NCBI GenBank assembly: GCA_016219175.1
Contig: JACRCD010000017.1
Span: 36,446 to 100,445, forward strand
Origin: Deltaproteobacteria bacterium
GTDB taxonomy: Bacteria > Desulfobacterota > Desulfobulbia > Desulfobulbales > SURF-16
Length of the DNA stretch: 64,000 nt
Direction: 5' to 3'
This document shows positions 44,222 through 53,719 of this stretch, one piece after another. The translations under genes and the position numbers were made by a program. A model generated the notes under the pieces. The model was not told where the DNA came from and ran no database searches. It saw only the letters and a list, made by a program, of their open reading frames with translations. The first letter of the stretch is position 1; every line of letters starts with the position of its first letter.

Positions 44222-44950
44222 GTGGACACTTACAAATACAAGAGAATATTGCTGAAATTAAGCGGTGAAGCCTTGATGGGTGACGCCGCTTTCGGCATCA
44301 GCAATGACGTGCTCGCCTATATTGCCGAGGAGATCAAGGAACTGCGTTCCCTCGGCACTGAAATTGCCGTGGTGATCGGCGCAGGCAATATTTTTCGTGG
44401 GGTAGCCGGCGCCTCCACCGGGATGGACAGGGCTGTTGCCGACAATATGGGCATGCTTGCCACGGTCATGAATGCCCTGGCCATCAGTGATACCCTGGAG
44501 CAGATCGGCGTCAATACCGCTGTTTTGTCAGCCATTCCCATGGAGACGGTCTGCAAACCCTATTCCCACCGCCGCGCCATGGACCACCTGGAACTTGGCG
44601 ATATCGTCATTTTTGCCGCCGGCACCGGCAATCCCTATTTCACCACGGACACCGCGGCTGTCCTGCGCGGTCTCGAAATAAACGCCGATATCATCTGCAA
44701 GGCAACCAGGGTGGACGGGGTTTACGACAAAGATCCTCTTGTTTTTCATGACGCGGTAAAATTCGAGAGCTTGAGCTATGAAGAGGTTTTAAAAAGGCGG
44801 CTGAAGGTGATGGACTCAGCGGCAATCTCGCTGGCCATGGATAACAGTAAGACTATTCTTGTTCTGAACATGAATATTGCCGGCAACATCAAAAAAGCCA
44901 TCTGCGGGGAAAAAATCGGCACGTTGATCAGTGGAGTTGATAATGAGTAA
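44222..44950 (+). CDS. pyrH: UMP kinase
   Basis: YKRILLKLSGEAL and GAGNIFRG motifs; GTG start. Confidence 0.95.
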   Translation: MDTYKYKRILLKLSGEALMGDAAFGISNDVLAYIAEEIKELRSLGTEIAVVIGAGNIFRGVAGASTGMDRAVADNMGMLATVMNALAISDTLEQIGVNTAVLSAIPMETVCKPYSHRRAMDHLELGDIVIFAAGTGNPYFTTDTAAVLRGLEINADIICKATRVDGVYDKDPLVFHDAVKFESLSYEEVLKRRLKVMDSAAISLAMDNSKTILVLNMNIAGNIKKAICGEKIGTLISGVDNE

Positions 44951-45497
44951 AGTTCTTTTGGAAATGAAGGACAAAATGAAAAGCAGCCTTGAGGCCTATC
45001 GCCGCGAACTGACGACTGTGCGTACAGGGCGGGCATCATTGTCGGTGGTTGAAGGGATTAAGGTGGATTCATACGGAAGCAGAATGCCTCTCAACCAGGT
45101 AGCCTCCATCACCATTCCTGAAAGCAGATTGATTGTTATCCAGCCATGGGATCCCCAGATACTCCCTGCTATTGGTAAAGCAATCCTGGCTGCCAATATA
45201 GGGCTGACACCGGCAAGCGATGGAAAAATGCTGCGCATTTCCATTCCCCAGCTCACCGAGGAACGTCGCAAGGATCTCGTCAAGCAAGTGAAAAAAATCT
45301 CCGAGGAATACCGGGTCGCCATCCGCAACTGCCGCAGGGACGCCATCGATCATCTGAAAAAGCTGAAAAAAGACAAGGAAATCTCGGAAGACGATCTCTT
45401 CAAATGCCAAGATGAAGCCCAAAAAGAAACGGATGGTTTCATCAAGAAAATTGATGAAATATTAACCGAGAAAGAAAAAGAGGTCATGGAGGTTTGA
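44943..45497 (+). CDS. frr: ribosome recycling factor
   Basis: TVRTGRAS and IPQLTEERRKDL motifs. ATG 44943 overlaps the pyrH end. Confidence 0.95.
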   Translation: MSKVLLEMKDKMKSSLEAYRRELTTVRTGRASLSVVEGIKVDSYGSRMPLNQVASITIPESRLIVIQPWDPQILPAIGKAILAANIGLTPASDGKMLRISIPQLTEERRKDLVKQVKKISEEYRVAIRNCRRDAIDHLKKLKKDKEISEDDLFKCQDEAQKETDGFIKKIDEILTEKEKEVMEV

Positions 45498-46273
45498 CAG
45501 ACCTCCCATTGTCATCATCCTTGGAACCGGACAGAGAAAACCTGCCGCGGCACATTGCCATCATCATGGACGGCAACGGCCGCTGGGCTCAGAGCCGGGG
45601 TCTCATGCGCCTCATCGGCCACAAGGCCGGAGTCAATACTGTTCAGAAAATCGTCAAAGCAGCCCGGGAAATCGGTATTGAGGTCCTCACCCTTTACGCC
45701 TTTTCATCGGAGAACTGGAAAAGGCCCGCCAAAGAGGTTTCAGGGCTGATGTCGCTTTTGAAAACCTATCTGGAAAGCGAGATTTCCTCGATGCAGGAAA
45801 ACAGCATCAGTCTCCGTTGTTTGGGCCGCAGGGAGAATCTGCCCGAGGACATCCGGGAGACGTTGAACGCCTCCATTGCAAAAACCGCCGGCAACAGGGG
45901 ACTTATCTTGAACCTTGCCTTAAGCTATGGAAGCCGTGACGAAATTGTCATGGCTGCCCGGGAAACGGCAAAACTCTGCCTGGCAGGCAAATTAGATCCC
46001 GATCAACTTACCGAAGAAATATTTGCTGACCATCTGTATACCGCCGGACTCCCTGACCCGGACCTTATCATCCGTACAGGCGGCGAGTTCCGCTTAAGCA
46101 ATTTTCTGCTTTGGCAGGCCTCCTATGCGGAAATTTTTGTAACGGACATCCACTGGCCCGATTTTACCAGAGAAAATTTTATTACCGCCATTGCCGACTT
46201 TCAACAAAGACAGCGGCGATTCGGCAAAACCGGCGATCAGATAAGCGATGATAGTCAATCCCAGACGATATGA
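45494..46273 (+). CDS. uppS: isoprenyl transferase (undecaprenyl-diphosphate synthase)
   Basis: HIAIIMDGNGRWA and RTGGE.RLSNFLLWQ motifs. TTG start overlaps the frr stop. Confidence 0.9.
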   Translation: MTDLPLSSSLEPDRENLPRHIAIIMDGNGRWAQSRGLMRLIGHKAGVNTVQKIVKAAREIGIEVLTLYAFSSENWKRPAKEVSGLMSLLKTYLESEISSMQENSISLRCLGRRENLPEDIRETLNASIAKTAGNRGLILNLALSYGSRDEIVMAARETAKLCLAGKLDPDQLTEEIFADHLYTAGLPDPDLIIRTGGEFRLSNFLLWQASYAEIFVTDIHWPDFTRENFITAIADFQQRQRRFGKTGDQISDDSQSQTI

Positions 46274-47067
46274 CACGCATTAGCACCGGACTCCTTGCTA
46301 TTATCAGCTGGCTGGGCCTGCTTTATCTGCAGTCGTTTCCGCTCTTCTGGCTGTTCATCTCCCTTTTCAGCCTTATAGCTGCCTATGAGTACTTTTCAAT
46401 CAGCCTGCCGTCTGACGGGAAAACTTTCCGTCACCTGCTCATCCCCATTGCCATGCTGCCCCCCCTGACCGCCTGGTTTCAACGGGTCGATCTGATTTTT
46501 TTTTCCTTCATCGTCGCGATCATGGTGCTGGCAAGTCTGACTGTCGTCAAGGCCTCACAGCTGCGTAATCCATTCGATTATCTGCTCAGGGCAAGCTTTG
46601 GCGCCATGTATACCGGCCTCTTTGGCGCCCATTTTATTTTACTCATGGCGGCGCCAGACGGCGCCGTGTGGCTGTTATTTTTGACGGCAATCACCGCGGC
46701 CTCGGATACAGGGGCCTATTTCACCGGCAAAACCTTTGGCAGACACAAACTTTGCCCCTCGGTAAGCCCGGGTAAAACAGTTGAAGGATTTATCGGCGGC
46801 CTGCTATGCGGCACCACCTGCGCCACCCTGGTCGGCGCATACTTCATGGACTCGGCTGACATTCTCCTTCTCGCCTGCGGGGCCATCTTTCTTTCCGCTC
46901 TGGGGGTAGTCGGCGACCTGGTGGAATCACTTCTCAAGAGAAGCGCCGGGGTCAAGGATTCGGGCAGCATCCTGCCCGGACACGGAGGAATACTTGATCG
47001 TATTGACTCCCTGCTGCTGACTGCCCCGATTTTATATTATCTGGTTTTATTCAATCTACTCGGGTAA
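46270..47067 (+). CDS. cdsA: phosphatidate cytidylyltransferase
   Basis: [28 protein letters not shown] signature, polytopic; ATGA overlap with uppS. Confidence 0.9.
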   Translation: MTRISTGLLAIISWLGLLYLQSFPLFWLFISLFSLIAAYEYFSISLPSDGKTFRHLLIPIAMLPPLTAWFQRVDLIFFSFIVAIMVLASLTVVKASQLRNPFDYLLRASFGAMYTGLFGAHFILLMAAPDGAVWLLFLTAITAASDTGAYFTGKTFGRHKLCPSVSPGKTVEGFIGGLLCGTTCATLVGAYFMDSADILLLACGAIFLSALGVVGDLVESLLKRSAGVKDSGSILPGHGGILDRIDSLLLTAPILYYLVLFNLLG

Positions 47068-47072
47068 CGGGG

Positions 47073-48308
47073 ATGCAGAAAAACATCTCTCTTTTAGGCT
47101 CCACCGGTTCAATCGGCCGCAATGTTCTCAAGGTTGTCCGTCAGTTTCCCGGCCGTTTCCGCATTGTCGGGCTGGCAGCCGGACGGAACATCACCCTGCT
47201 GCGCGACCAGATCGAAGCCTTCAATCCCCTTGTCGTCTCCGTTGCCACGGAGCAGCTTGCCCGTGAACTGACCCGGATTCTGCCGGCGGGCTGGGGCGAG
47301 AAAATCCATTGCGGCCGGGAAGGCAACGAGCGGGTGGCCACCATTACCCAGGCCGACACCGTGGTCTCCTCCATTGTCGGCGCAGCCGGTCTTTTGCCCA
47401 CCCTTGCCGCTATCCGCGCCGGCAAGAACATTGCCTTGGCCAACAAGGAAACCCTGGTCATGGCCGGCGATCTGGTCATGGCCGAGGCCAAGCACCATAA
47501 CGTTAGGATTCTTCCTGTCGACAGCGAACATAGCGCCATATTTCAAGCGCTTGCCGCCGGACGCCGCCAGGACGTGCATTCCATTATCCTGACCGCCTCG
47601 GGCGGACCTTTTCGTGAGAAAAGTGAGCGCAGTTTGTGGGATGTGACCCCTGAAGAGGCCTTGAATCATCCGAACTGGGAGATGGGAAAAAAGATCTCCA
47701 TCGACTCGGCCACCCTGATGAATAAAGGCCTTGAAGTCATCGAAGCAAAATGGCTCTTCGACATTGACGTGGAGCGTATCGAGGTGCTTGTCCATCCGCA
47801 GAGCATTGTCCACTCCCTGGTGGAATATGTCGATGGCTCCGTCATTGCCCAGATGGGTATTCCTGACATGCGCATTCCGATCGCCTACGCCCTTTCCTGG
47901 CCCGAACGTTTAAGAACCGGACTCTCACGGCTTAATCTGAGCCAATGCACGGATCTGCATTTCTTTCCGCCTGATTTTAAAAAATTCCCGGCCTTGAAAC
48001 TTGCCTACCAGGCCTGTAAACAGGGAGGAACAATGCCGGCCATTCTTAATGCCGCCAATGAGGTGGCTGTTGCGGCATTTCTGGAGAGGAAGATCCGTTT
48101 CCCGGAAATTTCCCTGGTTGTTGCCGAAACAATGAACCGTTTGACCCGTAAAGACGTCATAGACATAGAAACCGTACTCGAGGCTGATCTGGCGGCCAGA
48201 ATGCAGGCCGAATCCGTCATTGAAGCGTTACACATAAAATTTAAACTGCGGACCGGCCAGGATATCGATTCTCCGGATCTTCCGCCGGGCCTGAATATCA
48301 AACTATGA
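47073..48308 (+). CDS. dxr: 1-deoxy-D-xylulose 5-phosphate reductoisomerase
   Basis: [21 protein letters not shown] and NHPNWEMG motifs. Confidence 0.95.
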   Translation: MQKNISLLGSTGSIGRNVLKVVRQFPGRFRIVGLAAGRNITLLRDQIEAFNPLVVSVATEQLARELTRILPAGWGEKIHCGREGNERVATITQADTVVSSIVGAAGLLPTLAAIRAGKNIALANKETLVMAGDLVMAEAKHHNVRILPVDSEHSAIFQALAAGRRQDVHSIILTASGGPFREKSERSLWDVTPEEALNHPNWEMGKKISIDSATLMNKGLEVIEAKWLFDIDVERIEVLVHPQSIVHSLVEYVDGSVIAQMGIPDMRIPIAYALSWPERLRTGLSRLNLSQCTDLHFFPPDFKKFPALKLAYQACKQGGTMPAILNAANEVAVAAFLERKIRFPEISLVVAETMNRLTRKDVIDIETVLEADLAARMQAESVIEALHIKFKLRTGQDIDSPDLPPGLNIKL

Positions 48309-49381
48309 ATTCCGTCATATCGTTTATCATTGTTCTTGGTCTTCTCATTTTTGTCCACGAATTCGGCCATTTCCTTTTTGCCAAGCTCTTCGGCGTCCGG
48401 GTGTTGAAATTTTCCCTTGGTTTCGGCCCGAGGATTTTTGGCAGAACATACGGTGACACCGAATACCTGATCAGCGCCCTGCCTTTAGGCGGATATGTGA
48501 AAATGACCGGCGAAAACAGGGAGGATGAGGTTTCCTTTGTTGACGAGCCCTATTCCTTTGCCCATAAGCCCATCTGGAAACGTTTTCTTATTGTGCTGGC
48601 CGGACCGGCCTTCAATCTGTTATTTGCGGTTCTCGTCTTTTTTGCCATTTTTTCCATCGTTGGCCTCCCCCTGCCCAAGGCCGGCACGGAGATCGGCGCG
48701 GTCACCGCGCACTCAGCGGCGGAAGCCGCGGGACTCCGGACCGGTGATGTCATTGTCTCAATCAATGGCGAAAAAACCGCTGAGTGGAATGATGTTTCCC
48801 GGCTCATCAGCGGCTCGGAGGGCAAGCCCCTTACCCTGGTTGTTTCCCGTGACGGACAGGAACTTGAGATAGTCGGTCAGCCGGAGAGACAGGATGTCAA
48901 AAACATCTTCGGGGAAGTCGTGGATGAACGTTTCATGCTCGGCATCTCCCGCAGCAGCGAGGTCACCTATGAAAAGGCCTCTCTGCCTGAGGCCTTTATC
49001 GCCGGCCTCAACCAGACCTGGACCTTTATCTATCTCACCATCATGGGGATTATCAAAATCATCCAGCAGGTTGTGCCTGCCTCCGAGTTGGGGGGGCCCA
49101 TCCTCATTGCCCAGATGGCGGGCCAGCAAATGGAAGCGGGCTGGATCAATCTGGCCTATTTCATCGGTCTGCTCAGCGTCAATCTGGGCATCCTCAACCT
49201 CTTTCCCATCCCCATCCTTGACGGCGGCCATCTTGTTCTTTACGGGCTTGAGGCCGTGCGCCGCAAGCCGCTTGAGCAAAATACCCTTGAAAAGCTGCAG
49301 CAGCTCGGCCTGCTGCTCCTCGGCAGCCTGATGATCTTTGTCTTTTACAATGACATTATCCGCATCTTCAGTAAGGGATGA
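48305..49381 (+). CDS. rseP: RIP (site-2) zinc metalloprotease RseP
   Basis: [10 protein letters not shown], a PDZ segment, and [12 protein letters not shown]; ATGA overlap with dxr. Confidence 0.9.
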   Translation: MNSVISFIIVLGLLIFVHEFGHFLFAKLFGVRVLKFSLGFGPRIFGRTYGDTEYLISALPLGGYVKMTGENREDEVSFVDEPYSFAHKPIWKRFLIVLAGPAFNLLFAVLVFFAIFSIVGLPLPKAGTEIGAVTAHSAAEAAGLRTGDVIVSINGEKTAEWNDVSRLISGSEGKPLTLVVSRDGQELEIVGQPERQDVKNIFGEVVDERFMLGISRSSEVTYEKASLPEAFIAGLNQTWTFIYLTIMGIIKIIQQVVPASELGGPILIAQMAGQQMEAGWINLAYFIGLLSVNLGILNLFPIPILDGGHLVLYGLEAVRRKPLEQNTLEKLQQLGLLLLGSLMIFVFYNDIIRIFSKG

Positions 49382-50154
49382 CCGGTATTACTAAACAACG
49401 GCTTACAATGACCCAGCCCGGCAAAGACATGACCCGCCAGCCCCCCCTGATTCTGGCCATTGAGAATTCCGGCCTGTGCGGCAGCGTGGCCCTGGTGAGC
49501 GGCTCGCACTGTATCGCCGAACAGAGCCTGTTTTCCAGGCTGACCCATTCCAAGCGTCTCCTTGCCGCGCTGGAGCGGGTCATGGCGGAAAGCCAGACAA
49601 CCTGGGAGCAGCTTGACGCCATTGCCGTGAGTTTAGGACCGGGCAGTTTCACCGCCCTGCGCATCGGGCTCGGCACGGTAAAGGGGCTGGCCATGGCAAC
49701 AGCCGTGCCGCTGATCGGCATTTCGACCCTGGATGGTCTGGCCAGCCAGGTAAACTTCACGGCCATGCCCGTCTGCCCGGTTGTTGACGCCCGGAAAAAC
49801 GAAATCTACACCGCTCTCTACCGGGCCAATGCCCGAGGATTCATGGAGCGTCAGGGCGGCTATCTGTTGATGCCGGCCCGTGAACTGGCGGAGCAGATCA
49901 GCGAACCCACCCTGTTTATCGGCGACGGGCTGTCAATTTATGGTGATCTCCTGCGGGAAAAACTTGGAGAACTGGCCATCCTTGCCCCGGAACAGCTCTA
50001 TTATGCCAGGGCGGCGAGCATCGGTTTTCTCGCCCTGCCCCATTGGCACAGGAAGGAATTTCTCGATCCAGCCAGCTGTGTTCCCCTTTATGTCCGGGCA
50101 TCGGATGCAGAGATTAATCTTGCCGCTCGGCCCTCCCCGGCAGAGCAACGATGA
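49378..50154 (+). CDS. tsaB: tRNA threonylcarbamoyladenosine biosynthesis protein TsaB
   Basis: LAIENSGLCGSVAL...GPGSFTALRIG motifs. ATGA overlap with rseP supports 49378, but an internal start at 49429 is possible. Confidence 0.8.
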   Translation: MTGITKQRLTMTQPGKDMTRQPPLILAIENSGLCGSVALVSGSHCIAEQSLFSRLTHSKRLLAALERVMAESQTTWEQLDAIAVSLGPGSFTALRIGLGTVKGLAMATAVPLIGISTLDGLASQVNFTAMPVCPVVDARKNEIYTALYRANARGFMERQGGYLLMPARELAEQISEPTLFIGDGLSIYGDLLREKLGELAILAPEQLYYARAASIGFLALPHWHRKEFLDPASCVPLYVRASDAEINLAARPSPAEQR

Positions 50155-50398
50155 CGCCCCCTGTCGTTCTCCCCCTATACCTCTCACAGCATGGCAGGTA
50201 ACAGTTTTTCTTGCAACTGCTTCGTTGATTTTTCATCCCTTCTTTGCGTCTGCCAGCTGAAAATTTTAAAGATTATTCACCATAATGCACTTGCTTTTTG
50301 TCAGAACTTGATGTAGTCATGCTCCATGGGACAGATCGGCGATAACAGCGAGCCGACTTCATATTTCATTTCCAAGACTTCTCAATTGGACCAGACAA

Positions 50399-53296
50399 AT
50401 GACAAGCAAAATTCCATCATCTCTTACCCTCATCCTTGCTGTTCTCTTTACGACAACCGTTTCTTTCGCCGCGCCTCGCATTGATTCCGTCTCGCCGGCC
50501 ACAGGCGCTATCGGCCAGGATCTGACCATGACCATCAGCGGCAGCGGCTTTGATGAAAATACCCGGGTGTCGATAAGCCTGGACACCATGAACCGCGGTT
50601 TCATTGCAGGCTCCCTGCCGACCCCTTATGACATTTATGATGTGGCGGTTGCCGGCCAGTATGCCTATATGGTGGGGGAAGGTGGCCGCTTCAAGACAGT
50701 CAGCATCCGCAATCCAGCCAACCCGGTGATCGTCGGCTCCCTGCTGGTTGGCGACCTGGAAAAAATCGCGGTGTCGGGCGGTATTGCCTATGTCATGGAT
50801 TCCGACTTTCTCAAACTGATCGACATAAGCGATCCGCTTCATCCCGCCCTGATCAGCTCCCTCTCCTTTCCGCGTTGGAACCGGGACATCACCGTCTCCG
50901 GCCACTACGTCTATCTGACCAACTCCGCCACCGGTCTGAACATCATTGATGTCAGTGATCCGCAAAACCCGAGCGTGCAGGGTAGTCTGGCAATCACCTA
51001 CTGGGTGCGGGAGGTGTGCGTGTCCGGCTCCCTGGCCTTTGTGGCAACCCGTAATAATCAGGGGGTGCGGATCATTGATGTCAGCGACCCCGCCCAGCCC
51101 CTGGCGGTGGGATCGATCGCCACTTCCGGACCGGCCAGCAGCGTGGCCGTTTCCGGCACAAAAGCCTATGTGGCCGATGACGAATTCCGGGTAATCGATA
51201 TCAGCAACCCCGCCCAGCCGACTCTGATGAGCACGCTACATCAAGCGGTGGGAAACAGCACGGTCACCGTCTCCGGCAACACCGCCTATGTGGTGGACGA
51301 ACACGAAGGCCTCTTTATCCTGGATATCAGCAACCCCTCAGTCCCGGCGGTGGCGGGACAGGTCGATACACCCGGCCGGGCCAGCGGTCTTTTTCTTGTT
51401 GACAATACGGCCTATGTGGCGGATGGGGTGCTCGGCCTGCAGGTGATCGATGTCAATGAACCGGAGGTTTTGCCTGCCACGGACACCTACACGGCTCAGG
51501 ACTTTGCCATAGCGGCCGGGGTTTCAGGCACCACGGCCTATCTTTTTGATTATACGGGCCTGCTTGTCCTTGACGCGCAGAACCCACTCGCACCCCGTCT
51601 TCTTGGTACGCTGCCCATGCCTTCTCCCCCGTACGGAGCAGCCCTCGCCTTTTCCGGACCAACCGTTTATGTAGCTGCCAGTAATTCGCTCCAGGTGATT
51701 GACGTCAGCAATCCCGCCCAGCCCGTCCTTACGGGCAGCATGAATTTCGATGACGACCTCATCCCGCCGGTCAACCTCTCCATGACACAGATAAACGTTT
51801 CCGGCAGCACCCTCTTTATCATAAGCTCCCGGGAGGTTTACAGCAGAGAGACATCAACATATGTGTGGGAGTTGCATGTGGTGGATGTCAGTGATCCCCA
51901 GGTCCCTCTGCTGAAGAGCACCGCTCAACTGCCAGGGGAGCCGATGGCGGTGGACCTCAACCGTCAAATCATCTATGTGCCGGAATATCCGGCCACGGTG
52001 AGCGCGGTGGATATCAGCGAGCCGGCCGCCCCGGTCATCCTTGAGCAGATGAGTATCCCCCAGCCAGCCTGGGCTGAAGTGGATCTCATCCAGGATGTGG
52101 CCGCCGTTGGGGAGACGATCTATATCGCCACCTCACGAACCATTTACCAGTTTGACGGCAGCGGACCGGGCGCTCCCGTCATCATTGCAACGCTTCCGGT
52201 CATTACCGATGAGGCCGGCTGCCCTTTCGGCGCCAATTCCTTTCTTGACAACACTCTTGTTGGTGACGGGATCATCTCCTTTGCGGATTGCCGCAACAAT
52301 CTGCATGCCATTGATGTCAGCAGCCAGGGGCAAATGACGGTCATCGGCACGACAACCATGGCCGCCGACCGGATAACCACCCTGGCCATCAATGGGGAGT
52401 TCGCCTATGTCACGGCGGAAGACAACCTGTCCATCCGTCCCCTCACGAGAGAGATATTCCCCGTTCACTTGAACAACTCATCAACCATAGCCGTGACCAT
52501 CCCAAGCCCCGTGGTTGCCGGCGCCTATAATGTCCGGGTCTTTAACGACAGCGACGACGAGGTGTTATTGCGGGGCGTGCATTTTTCGCCGGCAGATATC
52601 GATGAGGAACAGGAAATACCCCTGGTGGGCGACTGGAACGGCGACAACAGAGACAGGATCGGTCTTTTTTCCGGTCATACCTTTTTTCTTGATACAAACA
52701 ACGACGGCCATCCAGACGAAAGCATCGGTTTCGGGAGGGATGGCGATATCCCGGTGATCGGCGACTGGGACGGCGATGGCGCTGACGGCATCGGCGTATT
52801 CCGCCCATCCACCCGTAAATTCTATCTCGATTCGGACCGGGACGGTCTTACCGATATTTCCGGCACCATAGGGCGCATTGGAGATATGCCGGTGGTGGGT
52901 GACTGGGACCATGACGGCAGGGATGATATCGGGGTGTACCGTCCTTCACAGCGACGCTACTATCTGGATTATAACCGGGACGGCATCCATGACCGCGCCG
53001 TGTCCATCGGCCGTCTCGGTGATGATTTCCTGGTGGGGGACTGGAATGGGGACGGGATTGACTCAATCGGGGTCTTTCGCCCGGACAACGCCCGGTTTTA
53101 TCTCGACGACGATGAAGACGGCATCCATGATCATGCCCAGTTTTTCGGCAGGCGTGATGATATCCCCCTGGCCGGCGACTGGAACGGCAATGGCGTCACC
53201 GATATCGGCATATACCGCTCAACAACCGGCTACTTCCACCTGGATTACGATTTTGACGGGACAGCCGACGACATAATCCTTTACGAGGCGGATTAA
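50399..53296 (+). CDS. secreted protein: IPT/TIG domain + ~12 LVIVD beta-propeller repeats + second IPT-like domain + 5x FG-GAP/VCBS-like Ca-binding module
   Basis: Signal peptide ...TVSFA/AP. PRIDSVSPATGAIGQDLTMTISGSGF is IPT-like. There are repeated V.G.YAYV.....L.IIDVS.P..P motifs (LVIVD), and the C-terminal 226 aa is homologous to the modules at 31404-32072 and 36396-37067. Confidence 0.8.
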   Translation: MTSKIPSSLTLILAVLFTTTVSFAAPRIDSVSPATGAIGQDLTMTISGSGFDENTRVSISLDTMNRGFIAGSLPTPYDIYDVAVAGQYAYMVGEGGRFKTVSIRNPANPVIVGSLLVGDLEKIAVSGGIAYVMDSDFLKLIDISDPLHPALISSLSFPRWNRDITVSGHYVYLTNSATGLNIIDVSDPQNPSVQGSLAITYWVREVCVSGSLAFVATRNNQGVRIIDVSDPAQPLAVGSIATSGPASSVAVSGTKAYVADDEFRVIDISNPAQPTLMSTLHQAVGNSTVTVSGNTAYVVDEHEGLFILDISNPSVPAVAGQVDTPGRASGLFLVDNTAYVADGVLGLQVIDVNEPEVLPATDTYTAQDFAIAAGVSGTTAYLFDYTGLLVLDAQNPLAPRLLGTLPMPSPPYGAALAFSGPTVYVAASNSLQVIDVSNPAQPVLTGSMNFDDDLIPPVNLSMTQINVSGSTLFIISSREVYSRETSTYVWELHVVDVSDPQVPLLKSTAQLPGEPMAVDLNRQIIYVPEYPATVSAVDISEPAAPVILEQMSIPQPAWAEVDLIQDVAAVGETIYIATSRTIYQFDGSGPGAPVIIATLPVITDEAGCPFGANSFLDNTLVGDGIISFADCRNNLHAIDVSSQGQMTVIGTTTMAADRITTLAINGEFAYVTAEDNLSIRPLTREIFPVHLNNSSTIAVTIPSPVVAGAYNVRVFNDSDDEVLLRGVHFSPADIDEEQEIPLVGDWNGDNRDRIGLFSGHTFFLDTNNDGHPDESIGFGRDGDIPVIGDWDGDGADGIGVFRPSTRKFYLDSDRDGLTDISGTIGRIGDMPVVGDWDHDGRDDIGVYRPSQRRYYLDYNRDGIHDRAVSIGRLGDDFLVGDWNGDGIDSIGVFRPDNARFYLDDDEDGIHDHAQFFGRRDDIPLAGDWNGNGVTDIGIYRSTTGYFHLDYDFDGTADDIILYEAD
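52616..53293 (+). repeat. third, more diverged copy of the 5-repeat FG-GAP-like module (opposite strand)
   Basis: Protein-level alignment is repeat-for-repeat with the other two copies (e.g. VVGDWDHDGRDDIGVYRPSQRRYYLDYNRDGIHDRAVSIGRLGD). Nucleotide identity is clearly lower. Confidence 0.75.
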
Positions 53297-53341
53297 AGGA
53301 AATAAGGCTCATCCGGTTGAAAGGAGCCCGGCAACCATCGC

Positions 53342-53695
53342 CTACAGACGATGGTTGTTGAGCTCCCGGATCATCTTGATCAATTCATCGAGGGTTCGCA
53401 ATTCATCAAGCTGTTTGCGGGAGATTACCGTCTCCAATCCCGCCGCATCTTTCAGGACAACAGGGTAATCAAGCTTCATCCCATATTTTTTCTCGAATTC
53501 ATCCCTGTGCAGAAATTCCATCTCCAGATCAGAGCTTTCCCTGAACTCTTTCCACTTTTTATTTTCGCTGAAGGTGTCAAAGGTCATTTTACATAAATTA
53601 CATGTATAAGTTTCCGGGTTGACGATCTTGTGGCCGATATCGAGCATGGTGTTCATCAAACCGCTGTCGGCATTGTAAACAAAGACGAGCTTCAT
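53342..53695 (-). CDS. conserved small hypothetical protein
   Basis: MKLVFVYNADSG...Y.C.LC..TF...ENKKWKEF pattern is recalled from a widespread uncharacterised ~120-aa family. GGAGG SD before ATG 53695; 24 nt downstream of the PBP-like gene. Confidence 0.6.
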   Translation of the reverse strand: MKLVFVYNADSGLMNTMLDIGHKIVNPETYTCNLCKMTFDTFSENKKWKEFRESSDLEMEFLHRDEFEKKYGMKLDYPVVLKDAAGLETVISRKQLDELRTLDELIKMIRELNNHRL

Positions 53696-53719
53696 ATCAA
53701 TCTCCTCCAAAAAAATGAA

